From Paludibacteraceae bacterium (lineage in GTDB: Bacteria > Bacteroidota > Bacteroidia > Bacteroidales > Paludibacteraceae), in contig JAFPZY010000017.1 in assembly GCA_017417025.1 (NCBI GenBank), forward strand, positions 27,614 through 91,613: 64,000 nt of DNA, written 5' to 3'. Shown here in pieces: positions 33,674 to 43,348 of the stretch (positions are counted from its first letter, which is position 1; every line of letters starts with the position of its first letter). Both the position numbers and the translations under genes were made by a program. A model generated the notes under the pieces. That model searched no databases, had not been told where the DNA came from, and saw nothing but the letters and a program-made list of their open reading frames with translations.

Positions 33674-35688
33674 ACCCGAAGAAGTCATATCTGCTGCTTT
33701 TTCTTCTTTGCCTGTGCTGCCTTGGGCAGCTTCAGGCAAAGAAGAAACTCCCCAAAACAGTCATACGGGCATGGACTCTGCCTGCGCCTGTGGCGTTGGC
33801 GGACACGCAGCAGGTTGACACTTCCCACTACAACTTCCCAATGAAGAACGTGGTGTACGATTATTCCAAGTGGAACCACTACAACGGCAACCTTGTCTCG
33901 CCGTTGCAGCCCGTGGTCTATTTCGGCAGAACACGCAAAACCGATTGCATGTTCGCCACTGCCTACGATGTCTATACCATCACGCCGCAGGATGTCCGCT
34001 TCTACAACACCACAACCCCGTATTCAACCATCTCTTACAAAAAGGGCTTCACCACCAACCACGCGGACAACGACCTCGACTTCAAGTTCACCGGCAACCT
34101 CAACGCACGCACCAACCTCGGTGCTACCATCAACTATCTTAACGCCGTCGGACACTACAAAAACCAGGCGGGAAAGACTGTCAGTGGCTCCATCTTCGGC
34201 TCCTACAACGGCAGGAACTATTCTTTACAGGCGGCGTTTACCTTCAACACGCTCTCTAATTTCGAGAACGGGGGACTGCGCAACGCGGCCGACTTGCAGA
34301 ACAAAAGCCTCAGTGCAGAGGACATTGCCGTCAATATGGAAGCCATGTCGGGCTTCCGTTACTTGTCCGGCTATCTCAACCACTATTACAGCATCTGTGT
34401 CGATAAGGCTGACACCGTCCGCTATACTGTGGTCGGAAAAGAAGGCAAGGAGGAAGTTAGGTCCGACTCGCTGCGCTTCACCGCTGTGCCCATACTCACT
34501 TTCCGCCACGTCTTCGAAGCCACTGACGCTACGCGACGCTACATAGAGAAAACGGCAAAGCAGACCTTGTACACCGATTGCTTCATCAACCCCAAGACGA
34601 CCAACGACACCACCGGCACCACCACCATCAGCAACACTCTCTCCGCCACTTTCGAAGAAGGCTACAACAAGAAGATGCGCTTCGGCGTTACTGCCTTTGC
34701 CATCAACGAGTTCCAGAGGCATACATGCAGCCGCCTCCCCGATTGGCCTATTGGCGATGTCGCTCCCTTTGCCGGCGACATTGGCTTCTCGGGCGGAAGC
34801 GTGCAGGTGCTCGACTCCGTGCTCAGTTCCTACAAGTGGTCCAACAACACTTTTGTCGGCGGTGCCATCTACAAGCAGACCGGACGCTTTGTCAGGTACA
34901 TGGTTAATGGCGAAGTCTGTGTGGCTGGACGCAAACTGGGCGAGTTCCATATCAACGGCAAAGTCGGGGCGGGCTTCCGTGCCGGCAGCGACAGTCTTAT
35001 GATTGACGGTGCCGTCAGTTTCCGCAACGAAACGCCCGACCGCTTCCTGCAGCACTTCGTCAGCAACCACTATTGCTGGGACAACAACTTCAGCAAGCCT
35101 TACCGCTTCCGCGTTATGGGCGGCGTGTCCTATCCCAACAAGTGGATTAAGCCCTCCCTCAAAGTGAACTACGAGACCGTCACGCGTCTTATCTATTTCG
35201 AGGGCATGAGCGCCCCCAAGCAGGCATCTGGCACTATCAGCGTCCTCGGCGGGGAGCTGCAGGCCGATCTCACTACGCCCTGGTTCAACCTTGAGAACCG
35301 TGTGGCGGTGCAGTACTCGTCCTCCTATCTTATTGCCGTCCCCGCTGTCTGTCTTTACCATAACCTTTACTACCACGGCACATGGTTCCGTGCGTTGGAT
35401 GCGCAGATCGGAGCCGATGTCACCTACAACACTGCCTATTACGCACCGGTGCTTAACCCTGCTATAGGGCAGTTCTGCGCCCAGAACGAGGTCAGGGTGG
35501 GCAATTACCCGATCATCAGCCTTTATGCCAATTTCTATGTCCGTCTGTTGCACTTGCGCGTCTTCCTGCATTACAAACACCTCAACTCCTCGTTTATGAG
35601 CGTACTTATTATTCTATGCCTTCATACCCTGTCAATCCCGGAGTCTTCAGCGCCGGATTGGCTTTCCATTTCTATAAATAACTTATGA
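33670..35688 (+). CDS. putative porin (Bacteroidota outer-membrane beta-barrel); C-terminus possibly frameshifted
   Basis: Signal peptide LLLFLLCLCCLGQLQA, with alternating beta-strand patterning throughout. The GTG start overlaps the upstream stop (GTGA). See the finding on the last ~30 codons. Confidence 0.7.
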   Translation: MNPKKSYLLLFLLCLCCLGQLQAKKKLPKTVIRAWTLPAPVALADTQQVDTSHYNFPMKNVVYDYSKWNHYNGNLVSPLQPVVYFGRTRKTDCMFATAYDVYTITPQDVRFYNTTTPYSTISYKKGFTTNHADNDLDFKFTGNLNARTNLGATINYLNAVGHYKNQAGKTVSGSIFGSYNGRNYSLQAAFTFNTLSNFENGGLRNAADLQNKSLSAEDIAVNMEAMSGFRYLSGYLNHYYSICVDKADTVRYTVVGKEGKEEVRSDSLRFTAVPILTFRHVFEATDATRRYIEKTAKQTLYTDCFINPKTTNDTTGTTTISNTLSATFEEGYNKKMRFGVTAFAINEFQRHTCSRLPDWPIGDVAPFAGDIGFSGGSVQVLDSVLSSYKWSNNTFVGGAIYKQTGRFVRYMVNGEVCVAGRKLGEFHINGKVGAGFRAGSDSLMIDGAVSFRNETPDRFLQHFVSNHYCWDNNFSKPYRFRVMGGVSYPNKWIKPSLKVNYETVTRLIYFEGMSAPKQASGTISVLGGELQADLTTPWFNLENRVAVQYSSSYLIAVPAVCLYHNLYYHGTWFRALDAQIGADVTYNTAYYAPVLNPAIGQFCAQNEVRVGNYPIISLYANFYVRLLHLRVFLHYKHLNSSFMSVLIILCLHTLSIPESSAPDWLSISINNL

Positions 35689-37982
35689 CATACTCCGAAC
35701 ATCTTAATACCATACTTCATTTCGCGCGCCAGGAGGCGCAGCGTCTGGGTAACACTAAGGTCGAGCCTGAGCACCTGATGCTGGGCATTATCCGTCTGGG
35801 CGACGGTCTGGCGTACAGCCTGCTCCTCAGGTCGGGGGTGGATCCGTCGCGGTTCAAAGAAGCTCTCGACGGCAGGATGCGTGCCGATGTCCCTGCTCCA
35901 GTGCCGGAGAACACTGACGGACCGGTTTTCTCGCGCACCACTGAGCGTATCCTGCGCCTTACCTCCATCGAGGCGGGCTACTACAATGCCGACACTCTCG
36001 GCTCCGAGCACCTGCTGCTCTCCGTCCTCCGCGAAAGACTCAACTTCCCCGCTATGTGGCTCGAGGCGGAATACAGCGTCACCTACGAGTCTGTCGAGAA
36101 ACTGCACCCCAAGCCACACGAGCAGGTCAATGATGTCGCAGGCGCTCTCGCGGCGGGAGAAAAACTGCTGGGCATCATTTTCCGCACCGAAATTCCGAAA
36201 CAGCAGGAGCAGAAGACCGAGGTCGAAGAGCCGCAGGACTCTGTCCTCCTTGAGTTCGGCACCGACCTCACGCAGTTGGCCGCCGAGCACCGGCTCGACA
36301 AACTTGTCGGACGCACTTCTGAAATTGAGCGCATCGTGCACATACTCATGCGCAGAAAAAAGAACAACCCTGTGCTGGTCGGCGAGGCGGGGGTCGGCAA
36401 AACCGCTATTGTCGAAGGCCTCGCGCAAGGCATCGTCAATGGCTCTCTGCCTATGCTCAAAGGCAAGCGCATCATCAATATCAACATGGCCAATCTTGTC
36501 GCCGGTACAAGCTATCGCGGGCAGTTCGAGGAGCGGATGGAAGACCTTGTGGACGAGTTGCGCGAGCATCCCGAAATCATTCTCTTCATTGACGAAATAC
36601 ACACCATCATCGGAGCCGGAAACCTCAAAGGCGGCCTTGATGCCTCCAACATACTCAAGCCTGCCCTCGCACGGGGGGAGATAAGGTGCATCGGTGCCAC
36701 TACGGTGGAGGAGTACCGCACTTCCATTGAGCACGATGCAGCTCTTGAACGCCGCTTCCAGAAGGTGGACATTCTGCCTGCCGACAAATACCAGACCTAC
36801 GCTATCATCATGGCTTCCGCACGCGAAATCTATACGAAGCACCACCATGTCGTCTATACCAACGAGGCCATAGAAGCCTGTCTGGACCTTAGCGAGCGCT
36901 ACCTCAGCGGGCGCTGCTTCCCCGACAAGGCGCTCGATGTGCTCGACGAGGCGGGCGCGCGCAAATCCGAACTCTGGTACACGCAGCAGAAAGTGGACAA
37001 GGTCACTGAAGACGACATTGCGCTCGTCGTCAGCGAAATGTCAGGCATCCCAGTTCAGAGGATGACTATACGCGAGAAAAAACAACTCGCCGACCTCGGT
37101 ATCTTGCTTAAACGCAAAGTGATAGGCCAGGACGCGGCGGTGGACAAGGTGGCGCATGCCGTCTTCCGCTCAAGGCTCGGCATTGACGACCCCAAACGTC
37201 CTGCCGGAGTCTTCTTCTTCCTCGGCCCGACGGGGGTTGGCAAAACATGGCTCGCACGCTGTCTTGCACAGCAAATCTTCGGCACCGAAGACGCACTCAT
37301 ACGCTTCGACATGTCCGAGTATATGGAGCCGTATGCCGTCTCAACGCTGGTCGGGGCTCCTCCGGGCTATGTCGGATACGACGAAGGGGGGAAACTAACC
37401 AAAGCCGTGCACCAGCGCCCGTATTCGGTCCTCCTCTTCGACGAGATAGAGAAAGCCCACCACGACATCTTCAACCTCATGCTGCAGCTCATGGACGACG
37501 GCCGCCTCACCGACAGGCAGGGGCGCACTGTCGATTTCCGTAACACTTTCATCATCTTCACTTCCAATGCCGGAACAAGACAGTTGCGCGACTTCGGCAG
37601 CGGCATCGGCTTCGGCGACAGCACCATGACGCGGCAGCAGACCGAGCAGACTCTCCTCAAAGCCCTCAACCGCACCTTCCCGCCCGAGTTCGTCAACCGC
37701 CTCGACGAAGTGGTCTTCTTCCACCCGCTCGACAGGAAAGTGGTCAGAAAAATACTGGACAACGAACTGAAAACGCTGACCGACAGACTCCTGCAGAAAG
37801 GCTACAAGCTCGTCGTCACACCCAAAGCAAAGCGGGACATACTTGCTCAGGCCTTCGACCCGCTTAACGGAGCCCGCCCTGTCAAACGTGCGCTCCGGAG
37901 GTTGGTCGAAGAACCGGCTGCAGAGCAGATGCTCCGCCACACCAATAGAAAAACAATAACAATCGACAACATAATTAAATAA
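35685..37982 (+). CDS. clpC: Clp/Hsp100 AAA+ ATPase (ClpC-like, two nucleotide-binding domains)
   Basis: Clp_N repeats ([22 protein letters not shown]). Walker [15 protein letters not shown] and [11 protein letters not shown]. Sensor and signature [11 protein letters not shown]. Confidence 0.85.
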   Translation: MTYSEHLNTILHFARQEAQRLGNTKVEPEHLMLGIIRLGDGLAYSLLLRSGVDPSRFKEALDGRMRADVPAPVPENTDGPVFSRTTERILRLTSIEAGYYNADTLGSEHLLLSVLRERLNFPAMWLEAEYSVTYESVEKLHPKPHEQVNDVAGALAAGEKLLGIIFRTEIPKQQEQKTEVEEPQDSVLLEFGTDLTQLAAEHRLDKLVGRTSEIERIVHILMRRKKNNPVLVGEAGVGKTAIVEGLAQGIVNGSLPMLKGKRIININMANLVAGTSYRGQFEERMEDLVDELREHPEIILFIDEIHTIIGAGNLKGGLDASNILKPALARGEIRCIGATTVEEYRTSIEHDAALERRFQKVDILPADKYQTYAIIMASAREIYTKHHHVVYTNEAIEACLDLSERYLSGRCFPDKALDVLDEAGARKSELWYTQQKVDKVTEDDIALVVSEMSGIPVQRMTIREKKQLADLGILLKRKVIGQDAAVDKVAHAVFRSRLGIDDPKRPAGVFFFLGPTGVGKTWLARCLAQQIFGTEDALIRFDMSEYMEPYAVSTLVGAPPGYVGYDEGGKLTKAVHQRPYSVLLFDEIEKAHHDIFNLMLQLMDDGRLTDRQGRTVDFRNTFIIFTSNAGTRQLRDFGSGIGFGDSTMTRQQTEQTLLKALNRTFPPEFVNRLDEVVFFHPLDRKVVRKILDNELKTLTDRLLQKGYKLVVTPKAKRDILAQAFDPLNGARPVKRALRRLVEEPAAEQMLRHTNRKTITIDNIIK

Positions 37983-38004
37983 TAACCTTATAAAAACAAA
38001 AACT

Positions 38005-38319
38005 ATGGCTATTCAAGTTACTGATGCCAATTTCCGCTCGCTGTTGGCGGAGGGCAAACCTATGCTGGTTGATTTCTGGGCTCCCTGGTGCGGCCCCTGT
38101 AAAATGATGTCCCCCATTGTGGACGAAATAGCTGCCGAGTACGAAGGAAAGGCCCTCGTCGGAAAACTCAATGTGGACGAAAACCCCGAGACTTGCGAAC
38201 AATTCGGAATCATGAGTATCCCCACTATGCTCTTCTTCCGCAACGGCGAACTGGCCGACCGCCATGTCGGAGCTTGCCGGAAAGCCGAACTGCAGCAGAA
38301 AGTGGAGGCACTGCTCTAA
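38005..38319 (+). CDS. trxA: thioredoxin
   Basis: [16 protein letters not shown] active site; 104 aa. Confidence 0.95.
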   Translation: MAIQVTDANFRSLLAEGKPMLVDFWAPWCGPCKMMSPIVDEIAAEYEGKALVGKLNVDENPETCEQFGIMSIPTMLFFRNGELADRHVGACRKAELQQKVEALL

Positions 38320-38334
38320 AACCAACTGACATTT

Positions 38335-40143
38335 ATGCAGAATATCCGTAATATTGCTATTATCGCCCATGTGGACCACGGAAAAACAACTCTGGTGGAC
38401 AAAATGCTCTACACCGCCAAAGTAGTCAAAGAGGCGCATGGGGATTTCCAGGAACAGAAAGAACTTATCCTCGACAACAACGAACTCGAGCGTGAGCGCG
38501 GCATCACCATACTCGCAAAGAACGTTGCCATCGAGTACAAAGGAGTAAAAATCAATATTATCGACACCCCGGGGCACGCCGACTTCGGAGGCGAGGTCGA
38601 GCGGGTCCTCAACATGGCCGACGGAGTGCTGCTCCTTGTGGACGCTTTCGAGGGGCCTATGCCGCAGACGCGCTTCGTCCTACAGAAAGCCTTGCAGATG
38701 AACCTCAAACCCATTGTCGTTATTAACAAGGTCGATAAGCTCAACTGCCGCCCTGATGAGGTGCAGGAGGCCGTCTTCGACCTCATGGTCAACCTCGACG
38801 CTACCGACGACCAGCTCGACTTCCAGACCATCTACGGCTCTGCCAAAAACGGATGGATGTCCGACGATTGGCGCCACCCTACCGACAACCTCACAGCCCT
38901 CATGGATGCCATCATCAAGTACATCCCCGAGCCGCAGGTCCTCGAAGGCACGCCCCAGATGCTCGTCACATCGCTCGACTACAACCCGTACGTCGGGCGT
39001 ATAGCGGTCGGAAGAGTCCACCGCGGAACGTTCACCGACGGACAACCCGTCATGCTCGCCAAGAAAGACGGCACCATGATCCGCACTAAAATCAAGGAAC
39101 TCCATACCTTCGCCGGTATGGGACACCAGAAAACCGACTCCGTCAGCAGTGGCGACATCTGCGCCATGATTGGCATCGACGGATTCGAAATCGGTGACAC
39201 CGTCTGCGACATCAACGCCCCCGAAGCGCTCAAACCTATTGCCATCGACGAGCCGACCATGTCTATGGTCTTCACCATCAACGACAGCCCCTTCTTCGGG
39301 CAGGAGGGCAAGTTCGTCACATCGCGCCATATACACGAGCGCCTCCAGAAAGAGCTCGAGAAGAACCTCGCGCTCCGCGTCGAGAAGAACCCCACGGAGG
39401 ACGTATGGCACGTCTATGGGCGCGGCGTACTCCACCTCAGTGTCCTCATCGAGACTATGCGGCGCGAAGGCTACGAACTACAGGTCGGACAGCCGCAGGT
39501 CATCATCAAGGAGATTGACGGGGTCAAGTGCGAACCTGTCGAGCAGCTCACCGTCAATACACCCGATGAGTGCAGCGGCAAAATCATCGAGTATGTCAGC
39601 ACACACAAAGGCGAAATGACCAAGATGGAAATGGTCAACGACCGCGTACAGCTCGAGTTCGTCATTCCTTCGCGCGGTATAATAGGTATGCGCACATACG
39701 TGATGAACGTCAGTGCCGGAGAGGCCATCATGGCGCACCGCTTCCTCGAGTTCCAGCCATACAAAGGCGAAATCGCCAAGCGCATCAACGGAAGCCTTAT
39801 CGCCATGGAGACAGGCACTGCCTATGCCTATGCGCTCGACAAACTGCAGGACCGCGGACGATTCTTCATCTATCCCCAGGAGGAAGTCTATGCCGGACAG
39901 GTCGTCGGCGAGAATTCTAAGGAGGGAGACATTGTCATCAACGTCACCAAGTCCAAGAAACTCACCAACATGCGGAGCAAGTCGGCGGACGACAAGGCTA
40001 CACTCCCCCCGCCCGTCATCTTCTCTCTCGAAGAGGCTCTCGAGTACATCAAAGAGGACGAGTATGTGGAAGTAACGCCCACCAAGATGCGTATCCGCAA
40101 AATCATCCTCGACGAACTTGAGCGCAAGCGCTCCGCACGCTGA
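38335..40143 (+). CDS. typA: translational GTPase TypA/BipA
   Basis: [19 protein letters not shown] (G1), [12 protein letters not shown] (G3), NKVD (G4), and the BipA-specific C-terminal [13 protein letters not shown]. Confidence 0.95.
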   Translation: MQNIRNIAIIAHVDHGKTTLVDKMLYTAKVVKEAHGDFQEQKELILDNNELERERGITILAKNVAIEYKGVKINIIDTPGHADFGGEVERVLNMADGVLLLVDAFEGPMPQTRFVLQKALQMNLKPIVVINKVDKLNCRPDEVQEAVFDLMVNLDATDDQLDFQTIYGSAKNGWMSDDWRHPTDNLTALMDAIIKYIPEPQVLEGTPQMLVTSLDYNPYVGRIAVGRVHRGTFTDGQPVMLAKKDGTMIRTKIKELHTFAGMGHQKTDSVSSGDICAMIGIDGFEIGDTVCDINAPEALKPIAIDEPTMSMVFTINDSPFFGQEGKFVTSRHIHERLQKELEKNLALRVEKNPTEDVWHVYGRGVLHLSVLIETMRREGYELQVGQPQVIIKEIDGVKCEPVEQLTVNTPDECSGKIIEYVSTHKGEMTKMEMVNDRVQLEFVIPSRGIIGMRTYVMNVSAGEAIMAHRFLEFQPYKGEIAKRINGSLIAMETGTAYAYALDKLQDRGRFFIYPQEEVYAGQVVGENSKEGDIVINVTKSKKLTNMRSKSADDKATLPPPVIFSLEEALEYIKEDEYVEVTPTKMRIRKIILDELERKRSAR

Positions 40144-40230
40144 CACGCAGTCCCACACGACGGATACATTGCACGATACCCTGCTGAAGACTTGTTTGCT
40201 TCATGCAGGGTGTCTGCTTTTGCCCCCTGG

Positions 40231-40305
40231 ACCCGTAGCTACCCGTAGCTACTCTTGAGCTACTCTTGAGCTACCCTTGAGCTACCCTTAGGCTACCCTT
40301 GCACT
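40231..40305. repeat. 10/11-bp word-repeat array (acccgtagct x2, actcttgagct x2, acccttgagct, acccttaggct, acccttgcact)
   Basis: Read directly. It lies between the typA terminator and the stop of the convergent minus-strand gene. Confidence 0.9.
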
Positions 40306-40346
40306 ACTTTCGGGTGTCCTCTGTGGAATGCTCTTTTGATAGATGC

Positions 40347-41102
40347 CTAACGGAGTGTCAGGTCTTTTAGTTTGATGTTGGGGTGTCTGTACTGGCGCTC
40401 TTTGACGGTTGCCTTGCCCCCTGCCTCTATCGCTTGGTGCGGGCAGGCATGGAGGCATGCCAGGCACGCTGTGCAGTGCGGACCTATCCCCGCCTTCTCG
40501 TCCACCCCTATGTTGCGCATAGGGCATACGCGCGCGCAGATTCCGCAGCCTGTACACTTTTTTTCGTTCACCGCGGGCCGGAAGGTGCGTATCATCCACG
40601 CCTGCATGCGCTCGGTCCCCATAACCCACGCAAGAGGGCTGAACCACGCGAAATGATGCGCGTGCCGCTCCGCCTGCACATCCGCTGTTATGGTCTTCAG
40701 GCGCTTGGCGAAGCGGGCGAATTTCCATACTTGGTCATTGGGGTTGCGCCCGAAGACTATGGCGCTGTTGTCCGGCACGCGGATCTTGTGGCTGTAGCTT
40801 GTCTCTATACCCTTTTCGCGGAGCATGCGGCGGACTGTCCAGATGGAGTTCCCCGCCTGTGCGCCGCATGGAATAACGATGAACACATATGCTTGCTTGT
40901 CAAGCTTGAGCCTGGGCACAAGGTTGCGCACGGCAGGAGGTGCGTTGAAGTCGTATGACGGATAGACGAGCCCTATCCGTCTCTCGCCCGTAAGGTCTTT
41001 CCGCACTGCCTCTGTCAGCGGCATTACGCGCTCGCCAGTGGCGGAAGCTATCTGTTGTGCTATGGCAAGGCTGTTGCCTGTCCCGGAGAAGTAGATAATC
41101 AT
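40347..41102 (-). CDS. flavodoxin-like / 4Fe-4S dicluster fusion protein (EFR1-type ferredoxin)
   Basis: MIIYFSGTGNSLAIA flavodoxin-like N-terminus, with C-terminal CTGCGICARVCP and CTACLACLHACP motifs. Confidence 0.75.
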   Translation of the reverse strand: MIIYFSGTGNSLAIAQQIASATGERVMPLTEAVRKDLTGERRIGLVYPSYDFNAPPAVRNLVPRLKLDKQAYVFIVIPCGAQAGNSIWTVRRMLREKGIETSYSHKIRVPDNSAIVFGRNPNDQVWKFARFAKRLKTITADVQAERHAHHFAWFSPLAWVMGTERMQAWMIRTFRPAVNEKKCTGCGICARVCPMRNIGVDEKAGIGPHCTACLACLHACPHQAIEAGGKATVKERQYRHPNIKLKDLTLR

Positions 41103-41164
41103 GTCTTCTTATGCTTTAATGTACAAAGGCTTTTCTTTCCAGTAGCGGCAGCGTTGTCCTGCGC

Positions 41165-42442
41165 TCATTGGCGGGGGGAGTAGAAGTACTCCTGCACCCA
41201 CCGCGGCAGTTTGCTTGGGCGCTCTTGGCGGCTCTCCTGCGGCAGTTCGCCCAAAGCGCGCCGTACACGCTCTCTCCCCGCACCCAGACGCACTCCTACG
41301 CTGGCCTGAACCTTCCAGTCCCAGTTGCTCAAGGACACGATATTCTTGTTTACTGTAGGCTTTGAGCGGAAGCGTATGTTCTCGGCTGTCGCCCACACCG
41401 ACAGGTGCACCCACTTGTTTATTTCCCAGCTCACAGCCGCGCGCATGTTCCCTGTTACGTGCACCGGAAACGACGGCTCGAGGTTGTGCATCGGGTTCGC
41501 TGGAAGGCCGTCGGCTATGGAGTCGGGCAGGTAGAAAGATACCAGATTGATGGAGTAGGTCACAAGCAGCGCTGCTGCAGAGGCGTGGAGCAGTACTTTG
41601 CCGTTGTTAGGAGTGTAGTTGATGCCGTAGCCTATGCCTGCCGCTATCTGCCGTGTGCGCACGGCGGTGAGGTTCGACATCAGCGTGGGCAGCAGGGGGC
41701 GCTGTGCCTGCGGGATGATTGTCGTGTCGTTCAGGCTTACCTGGCTGGACATGTACGACAGAAAAAGCAGAGGCGAGCCTGCCGTCCGCCGCTGTATGTA
41801 CGACTGCTTCACGGCCGCCTGGTGCGAGTAACGGACGTAGTTCAGGGCGTACCACAGGTTCAGACTGGCATTGGTAATCACCACATCGGTCTTCCCCATG
41901 TCCCACAACTTCTTCTTGTTGAGCAGGAAATCGGTTGTTATATTGGTGCTTGTCTGTATCGAAAAGTCAATGCCGAGCGACTTGCTGCCAAGCGAAAAAC
42001 TGAGCCGCTGCGCGTAGGCATGAAGCGCGTCCCACGAGTACCCGAACCCGAACCCGCGATAGCCGGCATAGAAACCCAAATCAACGCTCGGGGTGGTCCT
42101 GTTCTGCAGGGTGAGTATGGTGTTCCCTGTTTCGGTGTTGTAGCCGGTAACCCCGGGTTGGGCGTTGAGGATGGCTTTCCCTGTCTCGTTGCCGGGGATT
42201 GTGGAGGTGAGGGCTGACTGTACCCCCACCATCGCATTGGTGTACGCTATCCGCCAGCTGTGCTCCGGCAGGGCGATGTAGGCGGTGTCTATATTCTGGC
42301 TCTGGTAGCAGTCGATGCGGTCGCCTATGCGATAGAAGAACAGCAACCCCTTGCCGGGCTGTTTGTCCTGTGCCGCTGCAGTGCCGTCCCATAGCAGAAG
42401 CAACTGCAGCAACAGTAGTATATGCCAATATCCCTGCCTCAT
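41165..42442 (-). CDS. hypothetical secreted protein, probable outer-membrane beta-barrel
   Basis: Signal-like N-terminus WHILLLLQLLLLWDGTAAAQ, then alternating aromatic and aliphatic strands. I recognise no family. Confidence 0.6.
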   Translation of the reverse strand: MRQGYWHILLLLQLLLLWDGTAAAQDKQPGKGLLFFYRIGDRIDCYQSQNIDTAYIALPEHSWRIAYTNAMVGVQSALTSTIPGNETGKAILNAQPGVTGYNTETGNTILTLQNRTTPSVDLGFYAGYRGFGFGYSWDALHAYAQRLSFSLGSKSLGIDFSIQTSTNITTDFLLNKKKLWDMGKTDVVITNASLNLWYALNYVRYSHQAAVKQSYIQRRTAGSPLLFLSYMSSQVSLNDTTIIPQAQRPLLPTLMSNLTAVRTRQIAAGIGYGINYTPNNGKVLLHASAAALLVTYSINLVSFYLPDSIADGLPANPMHNLEPSFPVHVTGNMRAAVSWEINKWVHLSVWATAENIRFRSKPTVNKNIVSLSNWDWKVQASVGVRLGAGRERVRRALGELPQESRQERPSKLPRWVQEYFYSPRQ

Positions 42443-42452
42443 CGTTTCTCAG

Positions 42453-42541
42453 TCTTCCCTTCGTTGTAGTGTCCTCTTCCCTTCGTTGTAGTGTATTCTT
42501 CCCCTCTTCGTTGCGTTGTCTCCCCTTCATTGTTGTGTATC
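42453..42541. repeat. 22-bp tandem repeat x4 in the 5' leader of the minus-strand gene
   Basis: tcttcccttcgttgtagtgt.. units at 42453, 42475, 42497 and 42521. Confidence 0.85.
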
Positions 42542-42570
42542 TGTGGCGGCGTGGAGGTCAAAGCGGGCTG

Positions 42571-42578
42571 CAAAGTTA
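42571..42578 (-). promoter_or_regulatory. -7 promoter box TAACTTTG (minus)
   Basis: The minus strand reads aaaaaagcagTAACTTTGcagccc, ~130 nt upstream of ATG 42442. Confidence 0.55.
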
Positions 42579-42820
42579 CTGCTTTTTTGTGGAATACACA
42601 ACATTGACTCTGTTTTTTCGCAAAAGCACCCTTGCCGTGAAGCAGCCTTTTGTTATACCGGAGGTGACTCTTGCTATGCCGGGGTTGCAAAAAAGAAAAA
42701 GTTGCCGGAATATTTGCGGGAAAATAACGCAAGGTCTGCAAAGTTGCAGCAATAATGGCAACCGCAGGTTGCAATAAAGAAAAAAAACGGGAAATGTTTG
42801 GAATTTTAAGTTTTTTATAT

Positions 42821-42828
42821 TATCTTTG
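42821..42828 (+). promoter_or_regulatory. -7 promoter box TATCTTTG; the only consensus box upstream of malQ
   Basis: ttttttatatTATCTTTGtaggc lies 521 nt upstream of ATG 43349. Confidence 0.5.
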
Positions 42829-42945
42829 TAGGCTTTTTGGGGGCGCGCGTGCAAAGGGGTGCGTCGGGGCGAGCTGACATGGAACGGGAGGTAAGTTTCA
42901 CGGGGTAGGGGTTCCAGCATAGTGGTGGTTGACAGATAGCAGATA

Positions 42946-43022
42946 GATAGCGGGTGGATAGCGGGTGGATAGCAGGTAAATAGCGGGTAAGTAGAGGGTA
43001 AGTAGCGGATAGATAGATGGCG
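42946..43022. repeat. 11-bp tandem repeat x7 (gatagcgggtg and variants)
   Basis: Units at 42946, 42957, 42968, 42979, 42990, 43001 and 43012. Confidence 0.9.
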
Positions 43023-43348
43023 GTTGTGTGTGATAGTGTATGGGATGTTATGGGGAGTTGGGGGTGGCGTGATAGTGTGTGGAAAGTTAAGGAACATGTG
43101 ATGGTGGTGTGGGGGGAGTGCAATGGTGTGCAATGGTACTGTGAGGGTACTGTGAGGGTAGGAGTGAGAGTAGAGAGTGATGATAGAGAGTGAGAGTGGC
43201 GCGAGAGAGTAGAGGGTGGGGGTGGCGTGAGAGTGGCGCGAGAGTGGCTGGATGTGGACGGGGCAGAAACACAAAAATAACAAAAAAACAAATACAAGCA
43301 CAAAACATAAAAATAATACAAACACAAATACAAAAAAACAACAAGACT

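Noticed and set aside
1369-43348. N-terminal extensions of track ORFs (1369, 1785, 3568, 4336, 14064, 17128, 24407, 24410, 27751, 27941, 43190, 60001).
   Set aside because: The extensions start at TTG or GTG, or at upstream ATGs that lie upstream of or across the consensus -7 promoter box or in repeat DNA. The family-conserved N-termini begin at the internal ATGs I used.
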